Positions 28,761 to 37,749 of a stretch of 48,033 nucleotides of DNA are shown here, piece after piece. Within the stretch, counting starts at the first letter, position 1; every line of letters starts with the position of its first letter. Source of the DNA: an uncultured Heliomicrobium sp. (GTDB lineage: Bacteria > Acidobacteriota > Blastocatellia > RBC074); NCBI GenBank assembly GCA_964426025.1, contig CAYRQB010000004.1, positions 1-48,033 of the forward strand. The letters are read 5' to 3'. Made by a program: the position numbers and the translations under genes. The notes below the pieces were generated by a model. The model saw nothing but the letters and a program-made list of their open reading frames with translations, was not told the origin of the DNA and ran no database searches.

Positions 28761-28793
28761 ACCGTCAGACAGTGATAGGAAGAGTCTGACGGT
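28761..28793 (+). terminator. hairpin downstream of the TerB-like gene (weak terminator candidate)
   Basis: It has a 10-bp perfect stem (ACCGTCAGAC / GTCTGACGGT) and a 13-nt loop, followed by TAATCGGTTTCCC, which is only a weak U-tract. Confidence 0.25.
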
Positions 28794-28886
28794 AATCGGT
28801 TTCCCAAACCGCAGGCGGCGCATTCACCGGCTCAAAGGTAAGCGCCGCCGTGACCTCAGTAGTTCAAAGATCCGTGGAGATCAAAT

Positions 28887-30674
28887 ATGCAGGATAAACA
28901 AACCTTGAGTTCTGCGACCGACTCATTGCTGACCATCATCAGGGTATTCGGCAGACGATTCGCGAACAGTTTGGGGCTGAGGTTGGAGCGAAAAGAAGAG
29001 ATTTATCTCGACCTTTCCAAAGCCGCCACATTGCGCGACGCCAGTTACTGGTTGCAACTGATATTCGCATCCGGCGTGGCCACACTGGGATTGGCGCTCA
29101 ACAGTCCTGCTGTCATCATCGGAGCGATGCTGATTTCGCCATTGATGGGGCCGATTCTGGCCGGAGGTTTGTCGCTGGCCACGGGCGATCTGATTCTGGG
29201 AATTCGCTCCACTGCCAATCTGGCGCTGAGTTGTCTGGTGGCGGTCATTTTTGCAGTGCTGCTGGTCAGCCTGCTTCCATTCAGAGAAATGACTTCGGAA
29301 ATAGCGGCTCGCACTCAACCAAATACGCTCGATCTGGTCGTCGCACTTTTTTCGGGAGCGATTGGTTCCATCGCCACCTGCAAAGAAGTCAAAGGTATTG
29401 TGACTTCGATTCCCGGAGTTGCGATTGCCGTCGCCCTGATGCCGCCGCTGTGCGTTGTCGGTTACGGCGTCGGATTGGCAGTGACCAACAACGGCAACGA
29501 CGGCATGAAGGTTGCGGTTGGCGGCGGTTTGCTCTTTCTGACCAACCTGGTGGCGATATCGCTGATGGCCATGGTCGTGTTTTTGATCGTCAACATCGGC
29601 GTCAAATCCGTGACTGAAAAAGTTCGCGAATGGCGTCGCACGGACCCGGAAAGCGAATTCGTCCGTCAATTGCTGGAACGTTTTCGCGTGACTGAAAAGC
29701 TCAGGGAAATCGGCGGAGCGCGTGCGCGGTTTTTACTGATACTGGTTCCGCTGTTGTTGATACTGATTCCGCTCAGCAGTTCTCTGGGACAGCTTCGGGA
29801 AGAATACAACCAACAAAGGCGTGACAATCGGCTTCGTCGCACGATCACGGAATTGTGGCAACAGAACTTCGGACGATTGCCCAATGGCCAGGCGCGCTCG
29901 GACATTGATCAGCTCACATTCAACGAACGCAACGGCAAATTCGCCGTGTACCTGCGCGTCTTCACCAATCAACCTTACACGGCGAATGAGCGGAACGAAT
30001 GGACGCGTTTGCTGGCGGCGCGATTGAACCGTCCGGCGGATACGATCAGTCTTCAGCTTATTGATATTCCGACCACCGCAGCCGAATTGGCCAGTCGCGC
30101 GCGCGAAGAAAAACTCCCGCCCGCGCCGCCAACCGTCACACAGTTGCAGGCGAATTACTGGCAAGGTGTGGAATCAGCTTTGCGCGGAGTGCGTTTGCCC
30201 CCCGCGACCCAATTGATTGATTACAGCGTTTCGCTCAGCGCCAATGCTCCGGCACGCATCGTGCTGAGTTATCTGAGCGATACGGAAATTGGCGCGGATG
30301 CACGGGCATTGATCGCCGAAGACATCGGGGCAAGGATGACCGCGCCGGGAACTTCAGTGTCATTTGAAAGGTTTCCGGTTTCGATTGGCCAATTGACGTT
30401 CAGGCGCAACCAGTCCGCATTTCCGCCTGACGCTGAACGCGCGATGGATGCGGCGGCTGAGGCCTTAACGGCTCATCCCGAACTGCGTCTGGAAATTCTT
30501 GTTCACGCCGAAAAATCCGAGCGCGAGAAGATCGCGGATGAACGCGCGCAGGCGATGGTTGATTTTCTGGCGACAAAGCATTCGATTGACAAAAAACGAA
30601 TCGAGGCGAAAACCGGCGCGGATTCGCAGCGCATGGCTCAATTGCGATTGCGGCTTTCTGAAACGGCGAAGTAA
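28887..30674 (+). CDS. DUF389 (TIGR00341-type) membrane protein fused to a C-terminal OmpA-like domain
   Basis: 595-aa ORF with the SD GGAGA upstream. It has the DUF389 core (SPLMGPI, ALMPPL). An extra TM segment follows, then two ~70-aa repeat-like modules. The C-terminus reads F....S..P.DAE.A.D.AAE.L..HPELRLEI.VHAE.....K.ADERAQAMVDFL, which follows the OmpA_C pattern. Confidence 0.75.
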   Translation: MQDKQTLSSATDSLLTIIRVFGRRFANSLGLRLERKEEIYLDLSKAATLRDASYWLQLIFASGVATLGLALNSPAVIIGAMLISPLMGPILAGGLSLATGDLILGIRSTANLALSCLVAVIFAVLLVSLLPFREMTSEIAARTQPNTLDLVVALFSGAIGSIATCKEVKGIVTSIPGVAIAVALMPPLCVVGYGVGLAVTNNGNDGMKVAVGGGLLFLTNLVAISLMAMVVFLIVNIGVKSVTEKVREWRRTDPESEFVRQLLERFRVTEKLREIGGARARFLLILVPLLLILIPLSSSLGQLREEYNQQRRDNRLRRTITELWQQNFGRLPNGQARSDIDQLTFNERNGKFAVYLRVFTNQPYTANERNEWTRLLAARLNRPADTISLQLIDIPTTAAELASRAREEKLPPAPPTVTQLQANYWQGVESALRGVRLPPATQLIDYSVSLSANAPARIVLSYLSDTEIGADARALIAEDIGARMTAPGTSVSFERFPVSIGQLTFRRNQSAFPPDAERAMDAAAEALTAHPELRLEILVHAEKSEREKIADERAQAMVDFLATKHSIDKKRIEAKTGADSQRMAQLRLRLSETAK

Positions 30675-30747
30675 TGGTTGGTGACTGTTCTCTCAGGAGT
30701 TCGGGTTATCGCCGGCTTCGGAAGCTATAGAATTCAAGAAAATGTTT

Positions 30748-30883
30748 TTCCCGCGGATGACGCGAATGAGCGCAGATACTTTGGAAAAAGCTATTCAATA
30801 GCTTCAACCTGACCAACAAGATAGCGGGTTCTCAAACCGGTAAAAAATCCTTTTCATTCGCGTAATCGGCGTGATTCGCGGGA
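30748..30883. repeat. inverted pair of REP-like units (CCCGCGGATGAC..GCGAATGA vs reverse complement CCCGCGAATCAC..GCGAATGA)
   Basis: The left unit is 30748-30779 and the right unit is 30850-30883. The cores match 10/12 and 8/8 in inverted orientation. Confidence 0.5.
30788..30804. promoter_or_regulatory. perfect 17-bp palindrome AAGCTATT-c-AATAGCTT (operator-like)
   Basis: It has 8-bp perfect arms around one central base, which is too tight for a hairpin loop. It lies about 180 nt upstream of the MFS gene, between two inverted REP-like units. Confidence 0.3.
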
Positions 30884-30985
30884 AGTTATTTTCTTAAAAG
30901 CTAAATACGTTTTATCTCAAGGCGGGCAGGATGCCCACGACACTGTGCGAGCAAAGATGTTCGCGCTCCCACATACTCAGAAACA

Positions 30986-32209
30986 GTGAATCTGCTTCAA
31001 CATCAGACTGGCCGCGTGGCTCTGTTCACGCTGCTTTATGCCAGCGAAGGCGGTCCCATAGGTTTTATCTGGTGGGCGTTGCCGACGCTGCTTCGCACTG
31101 AAGGCGTCGCCATTGATCGAATCACCGGTTTGACTGCGTTGCTGGTGTTGCCGTGGTCTTTCAAATTTTTGTGGGCGCCGCTGGTTGATTCGTTGGGTTC
31201 GCGGCGATGGGGTTTTCGCATCTGGATAATAGGATCGCAGTTGATGATGGGGCTGACGCTGATCCCGCTCATCCGGCTCGATCCGGCTGAACATTTCGGA
31301 TGGTGGCAGGCGCTGTTGCTGGCTCATGCTTTTTCAGCCGCGACTCAGGATGTGGCCGTGGACGGTCTGGCGGTGAATGTCGTGCCCGCGTCACAACGCG
31401 GAACCATCAACGGCAGCATGCAAGCCGGTATGTTGATCGGGCGAAGCCTGTTTGGCGGAGTCGCCTTGCTGGCGATCAGCAAGCTGGGGCACGCAACCGT
31501 GATGATCGCTTTGATCGTCTGCGTCTGGTCGTCGCTGGTTTTATTGCTGTTTGCCAGAGAGCCTGAACTACCTGAAGAATCGCGAACACGCCTGACGGAC
31601 TTCGCCGCGAATTTGCTGCGCGCGTTCAATCATCGAACGGCCTGGCTGGGATTAGGATTTGCGCTGGTTTCCGCCGCCGCTTTTGAAGCGACGGGTGTTC
31701 TGGCTGGTCCTTACCTGATTGACCACAACGTGTCGAGCGATACCGTCGGATGGTTCTTTGCTCTGCCGGTGGTCGTGGCAACGATTGGCGGCGGATTGAT
31801 CGGCGGCAAACTTTCCGATCGTTGGGGGCGCACACGCTCAGTCGCTATTTTCCTGGCCGGTTTTGTGGCGATGATCCTGGCTCTGGCTGCGACGGATTAT
31901 TTTTTCAATGCAGGGCAGATTACGCTGATGGCGGTTCTGACCGGCATGTATTTCTTCATCGGTTTGTTCACGGCGTCTTCTTACGCGCTGTTTATGGATT
32001 TGACGGATTCAAAAGTTGGCGCAACGCAGTTCAGCGCTTTTATGGCCGCGACCAACGGTTGCGAATCGTGGGCGGGTTGGACGGGCGGTCGAATCGCAGC
32101 CACGTCGGGATATGCCGCAAGCTTCGCTTTGATGAGCATGTTTTCGCTGTTCAGCCTTCTGTTTTTGCGGAAGATAAAAACCACTCAGGTAAAGGTGATC
32201 GAAGAATGA
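30986..32209 (+). CDS. MFS transporter, AmpG-like
   Basis: 407-aa ORF with a GTG start and about 12 TM segments. LPWSFKFLWAPLVD is typical of the AmpG/acetyl-CoA-transporter-like MFS subfamily. Confidence 0.78.
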   Translation: MNLLQHQTGRVALFTLLYASEGGPIGFIWWALPTLLRTEGVAIDRITGLTALLVLPWSFKFLWAPLVDSLGSRRWGFRIWIIGSQLMMGLTLIPLIRLDPAEHFGWWQALLLAHAFSAATQDVAVDGLAVNVVPASQRGTINGSMQAGMLIGRSLFGGVALLAISKLGHATVMIALIVCVWSSLVLLLFAREPELPEESRTRLTDFAANLLRAFNHRTAWLGLGFALVSAAAFEATGVLAGPYLIDHNVSSDTVGWFFALPVVVATIGGGLIGGKLSDRWGRTRSVAIFLAGFVAMILALAATDYFFNAGQITLMAVLTGMYFFIGLFTASSYALFMDLTDSKVGATQFSAFMAATNGCESWAGWTGGRIAATSGYAASFALMSMFSLFSLLFLRKIKTTQVKVIEE

Positions 32210-33198
32210 TCTGGATTCAATTTGCTTTATGTTCTTTGGCAATTGTAATTGCCGGAAGCAAGCTTTCGAAATACGGCGACATCATTGCCGAAAAAACGGG
32301 ATTGGGTAAAACCTGGATAGGAGTTCTGTTGCTGGCGACGGTGACTTCGTTGCCGGAATTGATCACCGGCGCCAGTTCTGTGATCGTTTTCGATCTGCCG
32401 GATATTGCGGCGGGCGGAGTTTTGGGGAGTTGTACATTCAATTTGTTGATCATTGCACTGCTGGACGGTTTGGCCGGGCCTGAACCGGTCGTCACAAAGG
32501 TCAAGCCCGGACAAGTGCTGACGGCGGCTTTCGGAACTTTGCTGCTTGGCCTTGTCGGTATGAGTCTGGCGCTGGGAACGAAAGTCCCGCGAATCGGCTG
32601 GATTGGTGTAGACAGCATTGTCTTCCTGCTGGTTTATGTGATTGCGATGAGGTTGATTTTCCTTTACGAAAAGAAGCGCGCGGCGGAATTCTTCGAAGAG
32701 GTTTTCGAGACTCGCCCCGAAGAGATGACCATGAAGCAGGCGTATTTGCGATACTCTCTGTTTGCTCTGGTCATCATCGGCGCGGCGACATGGTTGCCGT
32801 ATCTGGGAGAAGAGATTGCAAAGATCACCGGTTTGGAACGCAGCTTCGTCGGCAGCATCTTCATTGCCGTTACGACTTCCTTGCCGGAAGTTGTCGTTTC
32901 AATCGCTGCGCTCAGAATCGGAGCGGTTGATCTGGCCTTCGGCAATGTGCTGGGCAGTAATCTTTTCAATATCGCGATCCTGGCATTAAGCGATCTGATG
33001 TACACATCAGGGCCGTTGCTCAATGTGGTTTCGGATTCGCACTTGATTACTTCAATCGCCGCGATTGTCATGACGGCGATAACCGTCATCGGATTAACTT
33101 ACAAAACCAACAGGAAATATATGTATCTGTCGGCTGATGCCTGGGGCATTCTGCTGACCTGGATGACAGCAACCTTTTACTTATACAAATTAGGGTGA
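32206..33198 (+). CDS. sodium/calcium exchanger (CaCA/YrbG-like) family membrane protein
   Basis: The in-frame ATG at 32206 overlaps the MFS stop (ATGA). It has two alpha-repeat motifs (TSLPELITGASS and TSLPEVVVSIAA). The upstream part of ORF 31750-33198 is rejected. Confidence 0.8.
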   Translation: MIWIQFALCSLAIVIAGSKLSKYGDIIAEKTGLGKTWIGVLLLATVTSLPELITGASSVIVFDLPDIAAGGVLGSCTFNLLIIALLDGLAGPEPVVTKVKPGQVLTAAFGTLLLGLVGMSLALGTKVPRIGWIGVDSIVFLLVYVIAMRLIFLYEKKRAAEFFEEVFETRPEEMTMKQAYLRYSLFALVIIGAATWLPYLGEEIAKITGLERSFVGSIFIAVTTSLPEVVVSIAALRIGAVDLAFGNVLGSNLFNIAILALSDLMYTSGPLLNVVSDSHLITSIAAIVMTAITVIGLTYKTNRKYMYLSADAWGILLTWMTATFYLYKLG

Positions 33199-33289
33199 AA
33201 CAGAGGCCTGTCAGGCCAATGGCAAAAGCTAAGGAATGGCAGGGCGATCCGCCGGATTGCCCCGGACGTTTACAAAGGAGGGACAATAA

Positions 33290-34177
33290 TTGGAACGCAT
33301 TCGAGTAGGAACGCTGCAATATTTCATTCGTCCGGTGCAAACCTTCGAACAATTTCGCGATCAGGTGGAATCGCTGGTGGACACGGCTGCTGATTACAAA
33401 TGCCATCTGCTGGTTTTTCCTGAATACTTCACCATTCAGTTGCTGACGCTGGGCAATGTCAAAAGACCGATTCGCGAACAGATTCGCGATCTGGCCAAAC
33501 AGGTTCCGCGCTTCATTGAAATGATGAGCGACATGGCGCGAAGAACTAAACTGTATATTGCCGCCGGAACGATTCCGACGATGGAAAACGGATCCAGCGT
33601 CGTCAACAATCAATGCTTCTTTTTCGGACCGACCGGCGAATACGGTGTGCAGGGCAAAATGCACATGACTCGATTTGAATCCGAAGAGTGGATAATCACG
33701 CCGCATGAAAAGTTGAAAGTGTTCGAGACAAATTTTGGCCGTCTGGCGATTGCCATCTGTTACGACGTGGAATTTCCTGAAATCGCTCGCGCCGCCGCTC
33801 GATGCGGAGCGAACATTCTGATCGTGCCCAGTTGCACCGACGACCGTCAGGGATTTTTCCGCGTGCGTTATTGCGCTCACGCCCGAGCGATTGAAAACCA
33901 GATGTATGTCATTCACTCGCCGACGGTCGGTTCGTTGCCGATGGTTCCGGCGGTTTCGTTGAATTACGGACAGGCGGCGATTCTGACGCCCAGCGATTTC
34001 GCCTTTTCGCGCGACGGAATTCTGGCCGAAGGAAATTTCAATCAGGAGATGATGGTCATCGGCGAACTGAACCTGAAAACGATTGCGGACACGCGAGCAT
34101 CGGGGACGGTTTTGCCGCTGCTGGACAGCAATCGCACGGCGGCGCTGGTGGCACAGCCCGAAGTGGTGAAGGTATGA
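33290..34177 (+). CDS. carbon-nitrogen hydrolase (nitrilase superfamily) protein
   Basis: 295-aa ORF with a TTG start 7 nt after the SD AAAGGAGGG. The catalytic E/K/C context (LLVFPEY ... ICYDVEFPE) is typical of the family. Confidence 0.86.
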   Translation: MERIRVGTLQYFIRPVQTFEQFRDQVESLVDTAADYKCHLLVFPEYFTIQLLTLGNVKRPIREQIRDLAKQVPRFIEMMSDMARRTKLYIAAGTIPTMENGSSVVNNQCFFFGPTGEYGVQGKMHMTRFESEEWIITPHEKLKVFETNFGRLAIAICYDVEFPEIARAAARCGANILIVPSCTDDRQGFFRVRYCAHARAIENQMYVIHSPTVGSLPMVPAVSLNYGQAAILTPSDFAFSRDGILAEGNFNQEMMVIGELNLKTIADTRASGTVLPLLDSNRTAALVAQPEVVKV

Positions 34178-34890
34178 GCGAGCAGAAGACAAATGTAATC
34201 ATCCGCAACACGCGTCCGGAAGATTTTGCGGGAATCATTGAAATGACCGGAACAGTTTATAGGGAATCCGCGCCCTGGTCTGAAGCGCAACTCACCTCTC
34301 ATTTGAAAGTTTTCCCGGAAGGGCAGTTCGTGGCGGTTGATGAAGACGCCAATCGAATTGTCGGAATGGCGGCCAGCTTGATCATCCTCTGGGACGATTA
34401 CCAAATGAATGCAAGCTGGCGCGATTTCACCGACTCTGGAATGTTCACCAATCACGATCCTCAGCGCGGGCGCACGCTTTATGGCGCTGAGGTCATGACG
34501 CATCCGAAATTTCGCGGAGGAGGCATCGGCCAAAAACTTTATCGCGCGCGTCGCGAACTGGTCAGGCGGCTGGGGCTGCTGCGAATTCGCGCCGGAGCGC
34601 GTCTGCGGAATTATCATCGCCACGCCGATCATCTGACCGCCGAAGAATATGTCATTAAGGTGATACGCGGCGAAATTCGCGATCCGACGTTGACCTTCCA
34701 GCTTCGACAGGGGTTTCACGTGCTTGCGGTTGTGCCGAATTACCTTCGCCACGATCCTGAAAGTCTGGGGTACGCGGCGGTGATTGAATGGATCAATGAT
34801 CGCGTCGCCAAACAGCAAGATTACTCCGGACGCAATCCGCGTTTTGCCAAACCGAAAACCGAAGCGACTAAAAGCGGGACTTTGGGATGA
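34174..34890 (+). CDS. GNAT-family N-acetyltransferase
   Basis: 238-aa ORF with an ATGA overlap with the hydrolase gene. It has the acetyl-CoA motif HPKFRGGGIGQKLYRAR. This pairing also occurs as a fused GNAT/C-N hydrolase protein in other bacteria. Confidence 0.84.
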   Translation: MSEQKTNVIIRNTRPEDFAGIIEMTGTVYRESAPWSEAQLTSHLKVFPEGQFVAVDEDANRIVGMAASLIILWDDYQMNASWRDFTDSGMFTNHDPQRGRTLYGAEVMTHPKFRGGGIGQKLYRARRELVRRLGLLRIRAGARLRNYHRHADHLTAEEYVIKVIRGEIRDPTLTFQLRQGFHVLAVVPNYLRHDPESLGYAAVIEWINDRVAKQQDYSGRNPRFAKPKTEATKSGTLG

Positions 34891-36494
34891 ACGAAACTCT
34901 GTTTACGATTACGGTATTTATCACTCTGTTGTTGATTGCCTCCGGCGTGGCGATGGCGACGAAATGGATTCGCGTGCCGTACACGCTGGCGCTGGTGATC
35001 ATCGGACTGGTCATCAGCCCGATGCATTTTCTGCCGGTGGTTCATATTTCGCCGGAACTGATTCTGCTGATCTTCCTGCCGGCGTTGCTGTTTGAAGCGG
35101 CCTGGAATTTGAAGTTCGATCATCTGCGGGAAAACCTTCTGCCGATTCTGACGCTGGCAATCGTCGGCGTTTCCATCGCCGTTGGCGTGATTGGCGCGGT
35201 GCTGCATTACGGCATCGGTATGGCCTGGCCGCCCGCATTGTTGTTCGGCGCGATGATTTCGGCGACCGATCCGGTGTCGGTGCTGGCGCTGTTCAAAAAA
35301 CTCGGAGCGCCGAAGCGGCTGACGACGATCATCGAAGGCGAAAGCCTGTTCAACGACGGCACTGCGGTTGTGGTCTTCCGCATCATTCTGGGCATTGTCA
35401 TCGGGACGACTGCCGGAACGACGGGCGAACTGGCTTTGCATTCATTGCGCGAATTTTCTCTGGTCGTCTTCGGAGGTCTGGCCGTCGGCGCGATCATCGG
35501 CATCATCGCTTCGGTGTTGACTTCTTATTTCGACGATCACCTGTTGGAAATCACGCTGACGACGATTGTCGCTTACGGATCGTTTCTGCTGGCCGAAAGC
35601 ATGCACGTTTCTCCTGTCATCGCCGTCCTGACCGCTGGTTTGATACTTGGCAATTACGGACGACAGCGTGGAATGTCACCGACCACTCAGGTCGCAGTCA
35701 ATTCGTTCTGGGAATACGCGGCCTTTGTCGTCAACTCGCTGGTCTTTCTGCTGATCGGTCTGGAAGTGCAATTGCCAACCCTGCTGGAAAACAAATGGAC
35801 AATCGCCTGGGCGGTCGCAGCAATGCTGGCGGGCAGAATGGTTTCGGTTTACGGTTTGATTCCAATAGCCAATCGGTTTGGCGAACGCATTCCTTTCCGA
35901 TGGCTACACGTTATGTTGTGGGGCGGATTGCGCGGATCGCTTTCGATTGCGCTGGTGCTGAGTCTGCCGAAAGATTTGCCCGGACGCACCGAACTCGTCG
36001 TTCTGATTTTCGGCACTGTGATTTTCAGCTTGCTGGCTCAGGGACTGACGATCTCTCCGCTGATCAAATGGCTGAAATTGACTGCGCTCGATCCGCGAAT
36101 GAAAGAGTATGAATTGCTCCACGGACAAACGCTGGCCGAAGCCGCGGCTGAGGCCGAACTGGACAACATGCGCAATCGAGGCATGGTCACCGAACGCGTT
36201 TACCGGAAACTGCGTGATTCGCTGGAACAAAGCCGCCAGCAGTTGCGAGAGCAGATAGAAAAAATGGATGTCGGAATAGAGGAAATCGAACAACAGCAAA
36301 TTCGCCGCGTCGAGCGCCATTTGATCAACGAGAAAAAAGCGCGGCTGACTTTGCTGTTGCGCGAAGGATTGATTTCGGAATCCGTCAATTTGGAATTGAA
36401 CGAAAAGCTGGATCAACAATTGGCGCAAACGGACGAAGAGATTTCACCGGCGGAGGCCGAATCCGCAACTTCCAGGGGTTCAGCACAGTCTTGA
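34887..36494 (+). CDS. Na+/H+ antiporter, CPA1 (NhaP/YjcE-type) with C-terminal coiled coil
   Basis: 535-aa ORF with an ATGA overlap with the GNAT gene. It has ISATDPVSV and the ESLFNDG (ND) motif. The last ~130 aa are heptad-rich. Confidence 0.88.
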   Translation: MNETLFTITVFITLLLIASGVAMATKWIRVPYTLALVIIGLVISPMHFLPVVHISPELILLIFLPALLFEAAWNLKFDHLRENLLPILTLAIVGVSIAVGVIGAVLHYGIGMAWPPALLFGAMISATDPVSVLALFKKLGAPKRLTTIIEGESLFNDGTAVVVFRIILGIVIGTTAGTTGELALHSLREFSLVVFGGLAVGAIIGIIASVLTSYFDDHLLEITLTTIVAYGSFLLAESMHVSPVIAVLTAGLILGNYGRQRGMSPTTQVAVNSFWEYAAFVVNSLVFLLIGLEVQLPTLLENKWTIAWAVAAMLAGRMVSVYGLIPIANRFGERIPFRWLHVMLWGGLRGSLSIALVLSLPKDLPGRTELVVLIFGTVIFSLLAQGLTISPLIKWLKLTALDPRMKEYELLHGQTLAEAAAEAELDNMRNRGMVTERVYRKLRDSLEQSRQQLREQIEKMDVGIEEIEQQQIRRVERHLINEKKARLTLLLREGLISESVNLELNEKLDQQLAQTDEEISPAEAESATSRGSAQS

Positions 36495-36503
36495 AAAAAA
36501 TCT

Positions 36504-37733
36504 ATGATCACGATTCTGGAACTGTTGGCAATTCTGGTGGTCGGTTATCTGAGCGCGCATTACCTGATAGGGAAGTTGCAGACCCGTTACTTTTTCACGT
36601 CAGGCGTGGAATACATCATTCTGGGCGTGCTGGTCGGGCCGCAGGTGACGAACCTAATGACGCGCGAAGTAGTCGAACAACTGTTGCCGGTGATGAGCCT
36701 GGCGTTGGGTTCCATCGGCTTGATCGCGGGTTTGCAACTGCGCTTTCGCGGCTTATTCGAAGCGCCGCCGGAACATTACCGCGTCGCTTCGATGGAAATG
36801 TTGATCACTTTTCTGTTGGTCGGAGGCGTGTTCGCCGCGCTGTTCTGGTATCTGATGTCGGGCGGTCTGATCGGATCGGACAAATTGATGGCGGTGGCTC
36901 CGGCGGCTTTGGCGTTGGCGACGACCGCCGCCGTTTCGGCTCAACCGGCGATTCGCGGGCTGGAAGAACATTATGGCGCTCAAGGCAAGGTTTCGGATTT
37001 ATTGCAATTCGCCGGTTGGTTCGATTCTCTGCTCGGCATTGTTTTGTTCGGGTTGATGTTTTGTCTTTTTCACACGGGGCAGACCAGCGGCATTCGCCCG
37101 CTGACGCGAACGGAATGGGTGGCCGTCAGTCTGGGTTTTGGCATAGCGCTTGGCATTCTGTTTTATCTCTTCCTTGGACGCGAACAGAGCGCGGAAAAAT
37201 TGCGGTTGGCGTTGATCGGCATTGTCATTTTTTCCAGCGGAACCGCTTATTACCTGCGGTTGTCTCCGTTGTTCATCAATCTGGTTCTGGGCGTGATGCT
37301 GGCCAACACTTCGCGGATCAGGCGGCGATTGCTGGAAGTTCTGCAACCTTTCGAACATCCGCTTTACGTCGTGCTTCTGGTTTTTGCCGGAGCCGCCTGG
37401 GAAATGAAATACCATCACCGATGGTTTTGGATTGCGGCTCTGGTGGCGGGTTATCTGCTGCTGCGTTCGGCGGGAAAATATCTTGGCGGTTATCTTTCCT
37501 GGAAAACTTCCGAAAAGCCAGTTGCGGTTTTGCGAAATGTCGGCGGCGGATTGTTGTCGCAGGGAGTGGTGGCCGTCGCCATGCTTGTCAATTATCAGCA
37601 GGTTTATCAAAACCAGTTCACGCAGATTGTCGCCGCTTGCGTGTTGGTGTCGGTTGTCATCAATGAATTCGTCAGCCCCAAATTGCTGAAAGACCTGCTG
37701 ACCGGAGCGCGCGAAATCGAGGTGACCGGATGA
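36504..37733 (+). CDS. cation:proton antiporter family protein (CPA2-like, no soluble domain)
   Basis: 409-aa polytopic ORF starting 9 nt after the previous stop. It has a Na_H-exchanger-like layout (SGVEYIILGVLVGPQ ...). The alternative-frame ORF 36491-37666 is rejected. Confidence 0.8.
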   Translation: MITILELLAILVVGYLSAHYLIGKLQTRYFFTSGVEYIILGVLVGPQVTNLMTREVVEQLLPVMSLALGSIGLIAGLQLRFRGLFEAPPEHYRVASMEMLITFLLVGGVFAALFWYLMSGGLIGSDKLMAVAPAALALATTAAVSAQPAIRGLEEHYGAQGKVSDLLQFAGWFDSLLGIVLFGLMFCLFHTGQTSGIRPLTRTEWVAVSLGFGIALGILFYLFLGREQSAEKLRLALIGIVIFSSGTAYYLRLSPLFINLVLGVMLANTSRIRRRLLEVLQPFEHPLYVVLLVFAGAAWEMKYHHRWFWIAALVAGYLLLRSAGKYLGGYLSWKTSEKPVAVLRNVGGGLLSQGVVAVAMLVNYQQVYQNQFTQIVAACVLVSVVINEFVSPKLLKDLLTGAREIEVTG

Positions 37734-37749
37734 AGGATGGAGAAAATGC

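Noticed and set aside
31750-32205. Upstream extension of ORF 31750-33198.
   Set aside because: It overlaps the MFS gene in another frame and its translation is Gly/Arg-rich. The ATG at 32206 overlaps the MFS stop and begins a proper TM segment.
33086-34818. Two long minus-strand ORFs (33086-34192, 368 aa; 34042-34818, 258 aa).
   Set aside because: They are antisense to the C-N hydrolase and GNAT genes, which have clear catalytic motifs, SD sequences and ATGA coupling. The antisense translations are low-complexity and Arg-rich.
36491-37666. 391-aa alternative-frame ORF overlapping the 409-aa CPA2 gene on the same strand.
   Set aside because: Its translation is Gly/Arg/Ser-rich and has no TM segments. 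The competing frame gives a coherent polytopic exchanger.
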